Assembly: GCA_963732385.1 (NCBI GenBank)
Contig: CAVSZB010000001.1
Coordinates: 81,193 to 145,192 of the forward strand
From: an uncultured bacterium
GTDB lineage: Bacteria; Krumholzibacteriota; Krumholzibacteriia; LZORAL124-64-63
DNA: 64,000 nucleotides
Direction: 5' to 3'
Shown here: one piece after another, positions 22,591 through 31,522 of the stretch
Numbering within the stretch: the stretch's first letter is position 1
Layout: the number at the start of each line of letters is the position of its first letter
Translations under genes and position numbers: made by a program
The notes under the pieces: model-generated
The model's database searches: none
Seen by the model: only the letters and a program-made list of their open reading frames with translations
What the model was told of the DNA's origin: nothing

Positions 22591-23106
22591 ATGGCGAGGG
22601 CAGAAGTGTCCGGGGTGGTCCGCCGCGGCGGGTTCACCCTGATCGAGCTGGTCGTAGTGATCTGCATCCTCGGCATCCTGGCCGCCGTCGGCCTGCCGAA
22701 GTATGTCGCCATGACCAAGGCCGCGGAAAAAGCGAGCGTCGAGAGCGTCATCGCCGCCGCCGGGACGGCTGTCAACATCTCTTCCATGAAGCAGGTGGTC
22801 GACGGCCTGCCGATCACCGCCCACAACCCGTTCGACGACATGTCGGTTCGCCCCGACAATTATGTCGGGGTCTTTCCCGACGTGACTCTGACCAACTGCC
22901 CCCCGGGGCACTGGGCCTATCAGAGCGGGAACGCGGATAACGCCTTCTGGCCGGTCGTCGCCTACCGCGCGCAAGCGACCCTGGCGACCGCGTTCGGCTG
23001 GGGCAGCGTGCAATGGATCATCTTCACGATCCAGCCGATCACCAACAGCGCCGGCACGGTCGTGGGGCTGTCCATGGTCGAGTACCCGCCGCTCCATCTC
23101 TGGTAG
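22591..23106 (+). CDS. Type IV pilin / pseudopilin-like protein
   Basis: Prepilin cleavage/methylation motif RRGG|FTLIELVVVICILGILAAVGLP. Confidence 0.9.
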   Translation: MARAEVSGVVRRGGFTLIELVVVICILGILAAVGLPKYVAMTKAAEKASVESVIAAAGTAVNISSMKQVVDGLPITAHNPFDDMSVRPDNYVGVFPDVTLTNCPPGHWAYQSGNADNAFWPVVAYRAQATLATAFGWGSVQWIIFTIQPITNSAGTVVGLSMVEYPPLHLW

Positions 23107-23111
23107 CGGAG

Positions 23112-23321
23112 CTACCGCTTCCGGCCCGTCCGGTACCACCAGACGACTGTGCCCACAACGAGCGCCACGAGCAGGCCTGCCAGGCCGAGCGCGCTCGGGG
23201 GCGGACCGGTGTGCGGCGCGACCGCGGGGGCGTCGCCCGGCGCCGGCTTCGCAATGGCCAGAGCCTCCGCCGCTCGCATCAGGAAGCAGAACACGGTCGC
23301 CAGGATGCGCGCGTTTTTCAC
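23112..23321 (-). CDS. Small protein: signal peptide, Pro/Ala linker, C-terminal TM and basic tail
   Basis: RBS GGAGAGG, GTG start; ends PPPSALGLAGLLVALVVGTVVWWYRTGRKR. Confidence 0.5.
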   Translation of the reverse strand: MKNARILATVFCFLMRAAEALAIAKPAPGDAPAVAPHTGPPPSALGLAGLLVALVVGTVVWWYRTGRKR

Positions 23322-23365
23322 TTGTAGCCATCCTCTCCCGGGCCCGGCCCGGTCGCGTCGCCGGC

Positions 23366-24094
23366 TCAACTCAGGCCGAACTGCAGCCGCACCGTGACGA
23401 GGCCGGTCTTGCGCTTGGACGAGGTGTTGAAGGCGCCGGCCCACGACATCTCCTCATCGGAGTTGGGGGCGGTGATCTGGAAGACACCGAGGCTGGCCGA
23501 CTTCAGCTTCGCCAGCCGCGAGCCGGCGCTGGCGGCGATGCGCTCGGCGCGCTGCTTGCCGTCCTCGGTGGCGGCGGTGATCATCTGGATCTTCAGCTCG
23601 GCGAGCTTCGTGTAATAGTAGCGGGGGTCGCCGGACATGAATTCGATGCCGCTCTTGATCAACTCGGTGACCTCGCGCGAAACGCTCTCCACGCGATCCA
23701 CGTCCTGCGATTCGATGGTAACGCTCTGGCTCAGGACGTAGCCGGTGAACCGGTTGCGGACGCGGCGGCCGTTCTCGAACTCCTCGTCGTACTCCTTGCG
23801 GATGTCGATCGACGAGAAGACCTGCAGCTCAGGCTGGATCCCCTTGGCGGCCAGGTAGTCGTGGATCGCGGTGCGGTCCTTGTCGAGCTGGGCGAACGCC
23901 GCCTGGATCTCCGGGGCGCGGCGGGTGAACGAGCCGCTCCAGACGATGAGGTCGGAATCGAACTCCACGCGGGTGGAGCCGGTGACGGCGATGCTGCGCG
24001 CGCCGTCGTTACGTTGCAGGAACGCGCGGGTGCCGATGACCATGCTCAGCACGATCGCGGCGCAGACCGCGAGGACTCCGCCCAGGCTCTTCAT
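23366..24094 (-). CDS. SIMPL (DUF541) domain protein
   Basis: IAVTG, SDLIVW, YYYTKLAELK, ATEDGKQRAE, GVFQITAPNS. Confidence 0.85.
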   Translation of the reverse strand: MKSLGGVLAVCAAIVLSMVIGTRAFLQRNDGARSIAVTGSTRVEFDSDLIVWSGSFTRRAPEIQAAFAQLDKDRTAIHDYLAAKGIQPELQVFSSIDIRKEYDEEFENGRRVRNRFTGYVLSQSVTIESQDVDRVESVSREVTELIKSGIEFMSGDPRYYYTKLAELKIQMITAATEDGKQRAERIAASAGSRLAKLKSASLGVFQITAPNSDEEMSWAGAFNTSSKRKTGLVTVRLQFGLS

Positions 24095-24198
24095 GGTTCC
24101 CTCCCGTGTGCCGGTGGGTGGGCGCGCCGTGTCGGCACGGCGCCGCCGTCGGGGGTCAGCATAGGCGGCCGCGGAGCGGGGGGTCAATGGGGATGGAG

Positions 24199-24227
24199 GG
24201 GGGCCGGGGCCTTGCGGCCCCGGCCCG
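24199..24227 (-). terminator. GC hairpin downstream of EF-hand gene
   Basis: GGGCCGGGGCC-TTGC-GGCCCCGGCCC. Confidence 0.45.
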
Positions 24228-24236
24228 GCGTTGCCG

Positions 24237-24656
24237 TTACACCTTGATGTTCAGGATCGAGGTGTTGCGGCTTCCGTCGTCGGACAGGTAGGCCAGGAGG
24301 CCGGCATTGACGACGTCGGAGGCCGAAGTCGCCTGCACGGTCCCCTGGGCGGCGTTCGGCGGAGGTCCCGGCGGGGGGCCCTGCGGTCCGCCCTCGGGAC
24401 GTCCCGCCTCGAGCTCGGCGGTGCTCAGCTCTCCGTCGCCGTCGGTGTCGAGCTTGTCCATCATCTCCTCGGCGGACGGGACCGAGCCGCCCATCTTCTC
24501 GGCCAGCTGGTCGAGCATCGCCTGCAGCTCGTCGAGGTTCAGCGTGCCGCTCTGGTCGCTGTCGACCTTGGAGAACACCTCCTTCGGCGGGGGCGGTGGC
24601 CCCGCCCTCTGCATGGTCGACATGGCGACGCCGGAAGTCCCTACGGCCTGGATCAT
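24237..24656 (-). CDS. EF-hand domain protein, Pro-rich
   Basis: DSDQSGTLNLDE and DTDGDGELSTAE loops. Confidence 0.85.
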   Translation of the reverse strand: MIQAVGTSGVAMSTMQRAGPPPPPKEVFSKVDSDQSGTLNLDELQAMLDQLAEKMGGSVPSAEEMMDKLDTDGDGELSTAELEAGRPEGGPQGPPPGPPPNAAQGTVQATSASDVVNAGLLAYLSDDGSRNTSILNIKV

Positions 24657-24805
24657 GTCACCCTCCTGCGCTGTGATCCGGCCCGCGGCGGACCGGATCG
24701 GTAACGGTGCCCCGGGCCGCTCCCGGGCGCGTGCGGACGGCGCCGCCCCTCGACGGCGCGGGGGGGGGGCGCAAGGTCCGGTCCACCGTCCGTACAGGTC
24801 TCGTA

Positions 24806-25492
24806 TCAGCGGGTGGACGGCAGGAAAAGGTACCCCTCGCCCCGCACCGACTTGATGAAGCGGGGCGACCGCGCGCCATCACCCAGCTTCCGGCGGATTC
24901 GCGCCACCCGCAGGTCGATGCTCCGGTCGCGCCCGTCGTGCGGCAGCTCGCGCAGCTCGCGCGAGATGAGGTCGCGCGTCACGACATGCCCGGCATGGCG
25001 CGCCAGCAGCAGCAGCAGGTCGAATTCTGCGTCGGTGAGGTCGACCGGCCGCCCGTCCCGCACCGCCCGCCGCGCCCCCGGATCCACCTCGAGCGCCCCG
25101 AAATCGAGCCGATCATCCGCCGCCGGCCACGCCCGCCCCAACGCCCGCAACTGCGCCACCAGCAGATCCATCCCGACCGGTCGCGCCATCGCAATGTCCG
25201 CCCCCATCTCCAGTGCCGCCGCCAGCTCCGGCACCGCGCCGTTGGGCAGCAGTACGCAGACCCGGCAATCCCGCCGCGCCGCCCGAAACTCCCGGCACCA
25301 GGCAAGCCCGGCCCCGACCGGCGCCTCGATGTCGATCAGCACGACCCCCCCCATCCGCGGCTGCAGCGCAGCCGCCTGCGTGCCCTCGCGAAAATGAACT
25401 CTGACCTCGCAGCCGGCATCGGCCAGAGCACGCCCGAACGAGTCGGCGCGCGGCCCGGGATCGCACACGAGTCGCAACGGCAGGGTTGGCAT
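24806..25492 (-). CDS. OmpR-family (RstA-like) regulator with degenerate receiver domain
   Basis: Intact winged helix (LTDAEFDLL, DRSIDLRVARIRRKL, IKSVRGEGY); receiver lacks canonical acidic pair, Thr/Ser and Lys. Confidence 0.85.
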   Translation of the reverse strand: MPTLPLRLVCDPGPRADSFGRALADAGCEVRVHFREGTQAAALQPRMGGVVLIDIEAPVGAGLAWCREFRAARRDCRVCVLLPNGAVPELAAALEMGADIAMARPVGMDLLVAQLRALGRAWPAADDRLDFGALEVDPGARRAVRDGRPVDLTDAEFDLLLLLARHAGHVVTRDLISRELRELPHDGRDRSIDLRVARIRRKLGDGARSPRFIKSVRGEGYLFLPSTR

Positions 25493-25534
25493 GGCGCAAC
25501 GCCTCCGGGGTCGGGAGTGGAATCCCAGGCCGAT

Positions 25535-25638
25535 TGCAATGGGCGGGCCATGACGCAACTCGTTGCAGTGTAGCGGATTGTGTGATGCTCGACTCGTGCA
25601 TCCGCTGCGGAGTCCGCAGTCCCGGTGCGGATCTCGCA
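25535..25638 (-). promoter_or_regulatory. Sigma54 promoter with two upstream TGCG-N5-CGCA enhancer palindromes
   Basis: Minus strand TGGC-CCGCCCA-TTGCA (25535-25550); palindromes at 25606-25618 and 25626-25638. Confidence 0.75.
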
Positions 25639-25681
25639 CCGCAGGCCGCCGGGACCCCCGAGGGCACGCGGTACCCCGACC

Positions 25682-27010
25682 TCAGTCGATGCCGTAGCGC
25701 CGGAGTTTCTCGTAAAGGGTGCGCAGTCCGATGCCCAGGCGCGTGGCGGTCTGGCGGCGGTTGCCGCCCGCTTCGGCCAGGGCGGCCTGGATCGCCTCGC
25801 GCTCGATCTCGGCCATCGTGCGGGCGGTGGGGGCGCCGGCGGTCGGCGCCGTTGGCTCGAGCGCCAGTTCGTGCTGACGGATCAGATCGGCGTCGGTCAG
25901 GATGGCGGCGCGCTCGAGGGTGTTGGCGAGCTGGCGGATATTGCCGGGCCAGGGCTGCGTTTCGATCCAGCGCTTGGCGGAATCGTCCAGGCGCAGGGGT
26001 GGGCGGCCGAGTTCCACGGCTATCCGGGCGAGCAGGGTGGTGGCCAGGGGGAGGATGTCGCGCGGTCGGTCGCGCAGCGGCGGCAGGCGGAGCGGGAAGA
26101 CCGCCAGGCGGTGATAGAGATCCTCGCGGAACGTGCCGGCGCGCACCATGGTGTCGATGTCGCGGTTGGTGGCGGCGATCCAGCGGACGTCGACCTGGAT
26201 GGTGCGGCTGCTGCCGAGGCGTTCGAAGCAGCGCTCCTGCAGGACGCGAAGCAGCTTGGCCTGGAGTTCAGGCTTCAGTTCGCCGATCTCGTCCAGGAAC
26301 AGCGTGCCGCCGTCGGCCAGTTCGAGGCGGCCGCGGCGCTGGGCGGTGGCGCCGGTGAAGGCCCCCTTCTCGTGGCCGAAGATCTCGCTCTCCATCAGGG
26401 TGTCGGTGATGGCGGCGCAGTTCACCGGGACGAACGGGCCGTCGGCGCGGGGGCTGCGCTGGTGCACGGCGCGGGCTGCGAGCTCCTTGCCGGTGCCGCT
26501 CTCGCCGAGCAGCAGCACCGTGGCGGCGGTGGGGGCCACCCGGTCGAGCGCATCGACGACGGCGGCCATGGTCGGATCGCCGTAGCTGAGCGGGGGGGAG
26601 GCCTGTGCCTCCTGGGTTGAGCGGTCCTTGAGGGTGCGCAACTGCCGGCGCTCGAGCGCGCGGGCCGCCAGCAGACGCAACTCGCCGGGGCCCGACAGCG
26701 GCTTCTGCAAATAGTCGAAAGCCCCCAGCTTCATCGCCTCGACGGCGGTATTGACCGAGCCGTGCGCAGTCAGGACCACGACCTCGAGATTGGGCAGGTC
26801 GGCGCGGGCGCGGCGCAGCAGCTCCATGCCGTCGGGAGAGCCCGGCATGCGCAGGTCGGTGATCATCAGGTCATACGCGCGGGCGCGCAGCAGGGCCAGC
26901 GCCTCCGGGCCGTCGGCGGCACAGACCACCGTGTGGCCGGCGTCGGTAAGGGCCTCGGCCAGGAACTCGCGGATCCCCTTTTCGTCGTCGACCACGAGGA
27001 TGAGCGACAT
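25682..27010 (-). CDS. Sigma54-dependent response regulator (NtrC/AtoC family)
   Basis: [34 protein letters not shown], Fis-type HTH. Confidence 0.95.
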   Translation of the reverse strand: MSLILVVDDEKGIREFLAEALTDAGHTVVCAADGPEALALLRARAYDLMITDLRMPGSPDGMELLRRARADLPNLEVVVLTAHGSVNTAVEAMKLGAFDYLQKPLSGPGELRLLAARALERRQLRTLKDRSTQEAQASPPLSYGDPTMAAVVDALDRVAPTAATVLLLGESGTGKELAARAVHQRSPRADGPFVPVNCAAITDTLMESEIFGHEKGAFTGATAQRRGRLELADGGTLFLDEIGELKPELQAKLLRVLQERCFERLGSSRTIQVDVRWIAATNRDIDTMVRAGTFREDLYHRLAVFPLRLPPLRDRPRDILPLATTLLARIAVELGRPPLRLDDSAKRWIETQPWPGNIRQLANTLERAAILTDADLIRQHELALEPTAPTAGAPTARTMAEIEREAIQAALAEAGGNRRQTATRLGIGLRTLYEKLRRYGID

Positions 27011-27016
27011 GGCTGG

Positions 27017-28342
27017 CTACTCCCGTGCCGGCGGCAGCGCGAGGCGGAATTCCGCTCCGCCCTGCGGATGGTTGTCGGCGGTCAGGCTGCCGCCGTGCAG
27101 TTCGGCCACGCGGCGCGCCACGGCCAAACCGAGTCCGGTGCCGCTGGTGCGTTTCGTGAAGAACGGCTCGAAGATGCGGTCTTCGTCGCCGCGGGGCAGG
27201 CCGTCGCCGTGGTCGCGGATCCGGAACACGAGCCGGCCCACCTCCACGGCCACGCCCGCGGTCGGCGGCACGCCCGACGGCGACGCCTGCTGTGCGTTGC
27301 GCAGCAGATTGGTCAACGCCTGGTGCAGGCGACCGCTGTCGAGCCGCCAGCGGCGGGGCGCCCCCGCCGTGTCGACGGCGAAGCCGCCCGGCGCGACCTC
27401 CTCCGCGGCTGCCTGCAGCAGCGCCGCCGGGTCGATCGACAGCAGCTCGAGCGGCCCGGTGCGGACGAAGTCGAGCAGGTCGGTGGTGAGGTTCTCGAGC
27501 CGCTGGGTCTCGTGGATCACCCGTTCCGCCTTGTGCCGCTCCGCGGAGTCGGGCGGCAGCTTCTCGGCGAGCAGTTGCGCATGCCCCTTGAGCGAGGCGA
27601 GCGGGTTGCGGATCTCGTGCGCAAGCACCGCCGACATCTCGCCGAGCGAGCTGAGCCGCCGCTCGTGCTCGAGGCGCCGGCGGGTCTCTTCGTGCCGCAG
27701 CGTCAGCCGCCAGAGGATGAACGCCGCCAGGGTCATCACGACGGCGGCGGCCAGGCCGAAGCCGAGCGACCGCCCCGCCCGCTCGCTCAGCCGGGTGGCG
27801 ATCAGCGGCTCGAATTCGAAGATCAGTCCCCGGAACTCGCGCCCTTCCGGTGGCGGCGGTGGTGGCTGTGGCCCTCCCTGCCGTGACGCGGCGGGGCGGA
27901 ACGGGAAGGCGAGAACGCGGATCCGTCCGCCCACCGGCACCAGCACCGGGCCGTGCCCCCCGCCTTCGCGGCGCGGGTCGACCAGCGGCTCGGGCATCGG
28001 TTCGCCGATGCTGCTGGCCACGCGACCGTCGCTGCCGACGAGGCCGATGTAGCGCAGACCGTCGGCCCGGTGGGTCTCGAGCAGCTGTGCCAGCTCTTCC
28101 CGGCCGGGATCGGCCGGGCCGGCGAACAGCGCGGCGAGGATCGCCCGCTCGAGCAGGTCGGCCTGGCCCTGGTGCAGGGTGGAAAGGGCGTCGCGCGCGC
28201 TGCGGTAGTTGGACCATGACGTGAGGGCGAGCGCCAGGCCGAGGGCGACCGTGCTGGCGAGCCAGCCCCGGCGTACCCAAGCTCCGGGGGAACCGAATCG
28301 TCCGGTCACCGTGGCACTCCTCCTCTTCGTCGTGCGCGTCAT
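27017..28342 (-). CDS. Membrane sensor histidine kinase
   Basis: Two TMs, [28 protein letters not shown]. Confidence 0.93.
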   Translation of the reverse strand: MTRTTKRRSATVTGRFGSPGAWVRRGWLASTVALGLALALTSWSNYRSARDALSTLHQGQADLLERAILAALFAGPADPGREELAQLLETHRADGLRYIGLVGSDGRVASSIGEPMPEPLVDPRREGGGHGPVLVPVGGRIRVLAFPFRPAASRQGGPQPPPPPPEGREFRGLIFEFEPLIATRLSERAGRSLGFGLAAAVVMTLAAFILWRLTLRHEETRRRLEHERRLSSLGEMSAVLAHEIRNPLASLKGHAQLLAEKLPPDSAERHKAERVIHETQRLENLTTDLLDFVRTGPLELLSIDPAALLQAAAEEVAPGGFAVDTAGAPRRWRLDSGRLHQALTNLLRNAQQASPSGVPPTAGVAVEVGRLVFRIRDHGDGLPRGDEDRIFEPFFTKRTSGTGLGLAVARRVAELHGGSLTADNHPQGGAEFRLALPPARE

Positions 28343-29556
28343 TCGAAGCGCAGCGCCTCGATCGGCACCAGCCGTGCCGCCCGCCGCGCTGGATAATACC
28401 CGAAGAAAACCCCCACCGCCGCCGCGAACAGCAGCGCCACGGTCACCGTCGGGGCGGAGATCGACACCCCCCAGCCGGTGGCGACGTGCAGCAGCCGGCT
28501 GCCGGCGCCGCCGAGCGCCACGCCGATCAGCCCGCCGGCGATGCTCATCACCAGGCTCTCGATCAGGAACTGGGTCAGGATGTCTGTGGCACGGGCTCCG
28601 AGCGCGCGGCGCAGGCCTATCTCGCGCGTCCGTTCGGTCACCGACACCAGCATGATGTTCATGATGCCGATCCCGCCGACCAGCAGCGACACGCTGGCGA
28701 TCGCCGACAGGAGCAGTGTCATCACCCGCGTGGTCTCCCCGGCCGTGGCGGCCAGGTCGGCCTGGTCGCGCACCGTGAAGTCGTCCGGCTCGCCGGCCGT
28801 CAGGCCGTGCGACACGCGCATGATCGCGCGGATGTCCGCCTGCACCGCATCGAGCTCCCCGGGGCTGCCCGCGCCGGCCAGGATCTGGGAGATGAACGTA
28901 CGGCCGGCGAGCCGTGTCTGCACCGTTGTGTACGGGGCGAGCACGACGTCGTCCTGGTCGCCGCCGAGCGCCGCCTGCCCCTTGGCCGCCAGCACGCCGA
29001 CGATCCTGAACGGCACGCTGCCGAGCCGGATCTCGCGCCCGGTGGCGTCCTCGCCGGCGAACAGGTTCGCCGCCACCGTGTGGCCGATGACCACCACCTT
29101 GCGCATCGCCTTCAGGTCGGCGGCGGTGAAGAAGGCGCCGCTCTCGAGCGTCCAGTCGCGGATGGCCTGGTAATCGGTGCTGACGCCGTGCACGGGGGCC
29201 CGCCAGTTGCCGCTGCCGCCGACGATCTGGGCGAACGTGTTGACGACGGGTGAAACCCCCGACAGCAGGAAGCTCTGTGCTTTAAGCGCTTCGGCGTCGG
29301 CGATGGTGAGGCGGTTGAAGCTCTGCGCCCCCTGGCTGACGCCGCTCAGGCTGGTCGAGCCGGGCGTCACCACGATCAGGTTGGTGCCCAGCCTGCCGAT
29401 GCGGTCCTGCACCTGGTGACGCGCGCCGGTGCCGAGCGCCACGACCATGATCACGGCGGCCACGCCGATGATGATGCCCAGCATGGTCAGCGCCGAGCGC
29501 ATCTTGTTCCGCAGGATGCTCTCGAGCGCCACCCCGATCAGTGTCGAGCCTTTCAT
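28339..29556 (-). CDS. MacB-type ABC transporter permease
   Basis: RSALTMLGIIIGV, GGIGIMNIMLVSVTERTREIG. Confidence 0.95.
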   Translation of the reverse strand: MKGSTLIGVALESILRNKMRSALTMLGIIIGVAAVIMVVALGTGARHQVQDRIGRLGTNLIVVTPGSTSLSGVSQGAQSFNRLTIADAEALKAQSFLLSGVSPVVNTFAQIVGGSGNWRAPVHGVSTDYQAIRDWTLESGAFFTAADLKAMRKVVVIGHTVAANLFAGEDATGREIRLGSVPFRIVGVLAAKGQAALGGDQDDVVLAPYTTVQTRLAGRTFISQILAGAGSPGELDAVQADIRAIMRVSHGLTAGEPDDFTVRDQADLAATAGETTRVMTLLLSAIASVSLLVGGIGIMNIMLVSVTERTREIGLRRALGARATDILTQFLIESLVMSIAGGLIGVALGGAGSRLLHVATGWGVSISAPTVTVALLFAAAVGVFFGYYPARRAARLVPIEALRFE

Positions 29557-29569
29557 GTCGTGCCTCTTC

Positions 29570-30733
29570 TCACATGCCCGGAGGGGGCGGGCCGGCCGGC
29601 TGCTGCGTCTGGAACGGGCTGGTGCCGGTCGCGGTGACGGTAGTGGTGGCGGCGGCGATAACCCGCAGACCCTCGCGCAGTCCCGCGCCAGCGACCACGG
29701 TGTTCTGCCCGTCGCTCAGGCCGGTAGTTACCGGAATAGCGCCGGGCCGGCCGTCGGCGCCGAGCGACCAGAGCAGGATCGGCGCGGCGGACGCGTCGGC
29801 TTCCGACGCGGCCGGCGGGGCCGGCTGCGTCGCGGGGCGGAAGCGGAGCGCCGAATTGGGCACGAGCAGCACGTCGGCCGCGCGGTCGAGCACGAAGTCC
29901 ACGGTGGCGGTCATGCCGGGCAGCAGCGCTCCATCGGGGTTGGAGGTGGCGATGACGACGGAGTAGTTGACGACGTTCTCCTTCACGGTCGACTGCAGAC
30001 GCACCTGCGTCACTTCGCCGGCGAAAATCCGGTCCGCGAATGCCTGCACCGTGAAGTGGACCGCCTGTCCCTGCACGATCCGTCCGATGTCGCTCTCGTC
30101 AACCGAGGCGAGGATCTCGAGCCGCGACAGATCCTCGGCGATCAGGAACAGCTGCGGCGCGGCGAGACTGGCCGCCACGGTCTGGCCGACATCGACGTTG
30201 CGGTCGATGACGATGCCGTCGATCGGGGCGCGGATCTCCGTGTAGGCTAGATTGCGCTCGGCCCGCTCGAGCGCGATGGCCGCCGACTTGCGCGATGCGT
30301 CGGCCACGGCGAGCTGGTAGCGCGCGTCGGAGTCCTCCTTCTCCATGACGACCCCGCTGGCGTACAGCCCGCCGATCCGCGTCTGCTCGCGCCACGCCTG
30401 TTCGTACTCCGCCACGCTCCGTTCGACCGCTGCTGCGGCTGAGCGCACCTCCTGCTCGAGCAGCGTGGGATCGATCCTGGCCACGAGCTGGCCCTGGGCG
30501 ACGCGGTCGTTGAAGTCCACATAGATGTTCGAGACCTGCCCGCTGACCTGGGTGCCGACCTTCACGGTCCTGATGGCCTGCAGGATGCCGGTGCTCGACA
30601 CCGTCGACTCGACGGTCCCCCGGCGGACCGCCACGAAACGGTAGGAGTCGGCGCCGGGGCTGCCGCTTGTTGTCAGCCGCCAGGCGAGCAGTCCGGCTGC
30701 GAGCAGCAGCGCGATGATGATGATCCTCTTCAT
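29570..30733 (-). CDS. MacA-like efflux periplasmic adaptor
   Basis: VGTQVSG, APIDGIV, GQTVAASL, VDESDIG, LLPGMTA. Confidence 0.92.
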   Translation of the reverse strand: MKRIIIIALLLAAGLLAWRLTTSGSPGADSYRFVAVRRGTVESTVSSTGILQAIRTVKVGTQVSGQVSNIYVDFNDRVAQGQLVARIDPTLLEQEVRSAAAAVERSVAEYEQAWREQTRIGGLYASGVVMEKEDSDARYQLAVADASRKSAAIALERAERNLAYTEIRAPIDGIVIDRNVDVGQTVAASLAAPQLFLIAEDLSRLEILASVDESDIGRIVQGQAVHFTVQAFADRIFAGEVTQVRLQSTVKENVVNYSVVIATSNPDGALLPGMTATVDFVLDRAADVLLVPNSALRFRPATQPAPPAASEADASAAPILLWSLGADGRPGAIPVTTGLSDGQNTVVAGAGLREGLRVIAAATTTVTATGTSPFQTQQPAGPPPPGM

Positions 30734-30808
30734 GCTGACGCTCCGTTCGCGCCGCGCCGGACGCGCCCCATGCGCACCGGCGCTTCCCGGCGCCAGGGGA
30801 CGCCAAGG

Positions 30809-30911
30809 GCAGGGAACGGGCCACTGCACAACTCACTGTCATGATTGAAATTACGAAACGAAAAGCGGCCCGCGGCGCTGCGGTGTCCGCAGTCGGAGTG
30901 CGAATACCGCA
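30809..30911 (-). promoter_or_regulatory. Sigma54 promoter with two upstream TGCG-N5-CGCA enhancer palindromes
   Basis: Minus strand TGGC-CCGTTCC-CTGC (30809-30823); palindromes at 30879-30891 and 30899-30911; same geometry as 25535-25638. Confidence 0.75.
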
Positions 30912-31057
30912 CCGCGCCGTCAACGAGCGCAAGCGTGTCGAGGGCGACGAACGAGGCAGGTCCCGCGGTTCTCAGGGAGGCAGGCGGAAATATGTCTGTT
31001 ATCATGGGCGGGTGGCCGGCCCCGCGGCGCGCGGCCCCATCAATTGAAGGAGACGAC

Positions 31058-31396
31058 ATGCCGGGCAGACGCCCCCCCCTGCGGCGGCCGCAACCGCCGA
31101 AGGTGAAGAGCCCCGAGGAGATCGCGAAGCTCGTCAAGGAGCTCAAGAAGATGTCCGCGCCGGGGCACAACTACCGTGAGCGTTCACTCGCCATCCACGG
31201 CATGATCTGCGCGAAGTGCGCCCGCGAATTCACCGACGAGGATCGACACCTCCTCACAGTCCACCACAAGGACGGCAACGATGCCCATAACCCCCCCGAC
31301 GGCTCCAACTGGGAAAACCTCTGCGTCTACTGCCACGAAGCGGAGCACAGTCGCGGGCTGCTGGGCGACTACTGGACCGGGAAGAGGAAGCCGTAG
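31058..31396 (+). CDS. YajD-family HNH nuclease
   Basis: RBS AAGGAG; YRERSL, CAKCAREF, LTVHHKD, NPPDGSNWENLCVYCH. Confidence 0.85.
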   Translation: MPGRRPPLRRPQPPKVKSPEEIAKLVKELKKMSAPGHNYRERSLAIHGMICAKCAREFTDEDRHLLTVHHKDGNDAHNPPDGSNWENLCVYCHEAEHSRGLLGDYWTGKRKP

Positions 31397-31522
31397 TACT
31401 TTGGAATCTGACCACCGCATTTTGGGCTTATGTGATATAATGTGAGTTATTGGCGTGCGAGAGGCCGCGCAGGGCGGCGTGATCGAGCCAGCTTCGATCG
31501 GGCGAGGGGAGTTGCAGACATC

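Noticed and set aside
20701..23106. 801-aa plus-strand ORF
   Set aside because: Antisense shadow of the MFS operon; only 22591-23106 (pilin) is credible
31058..31396. HNH protein as a defence or mobile nuclease linked to the IS
   Set aside because: Matches the small conserved YajD type and lies outside the IS ends
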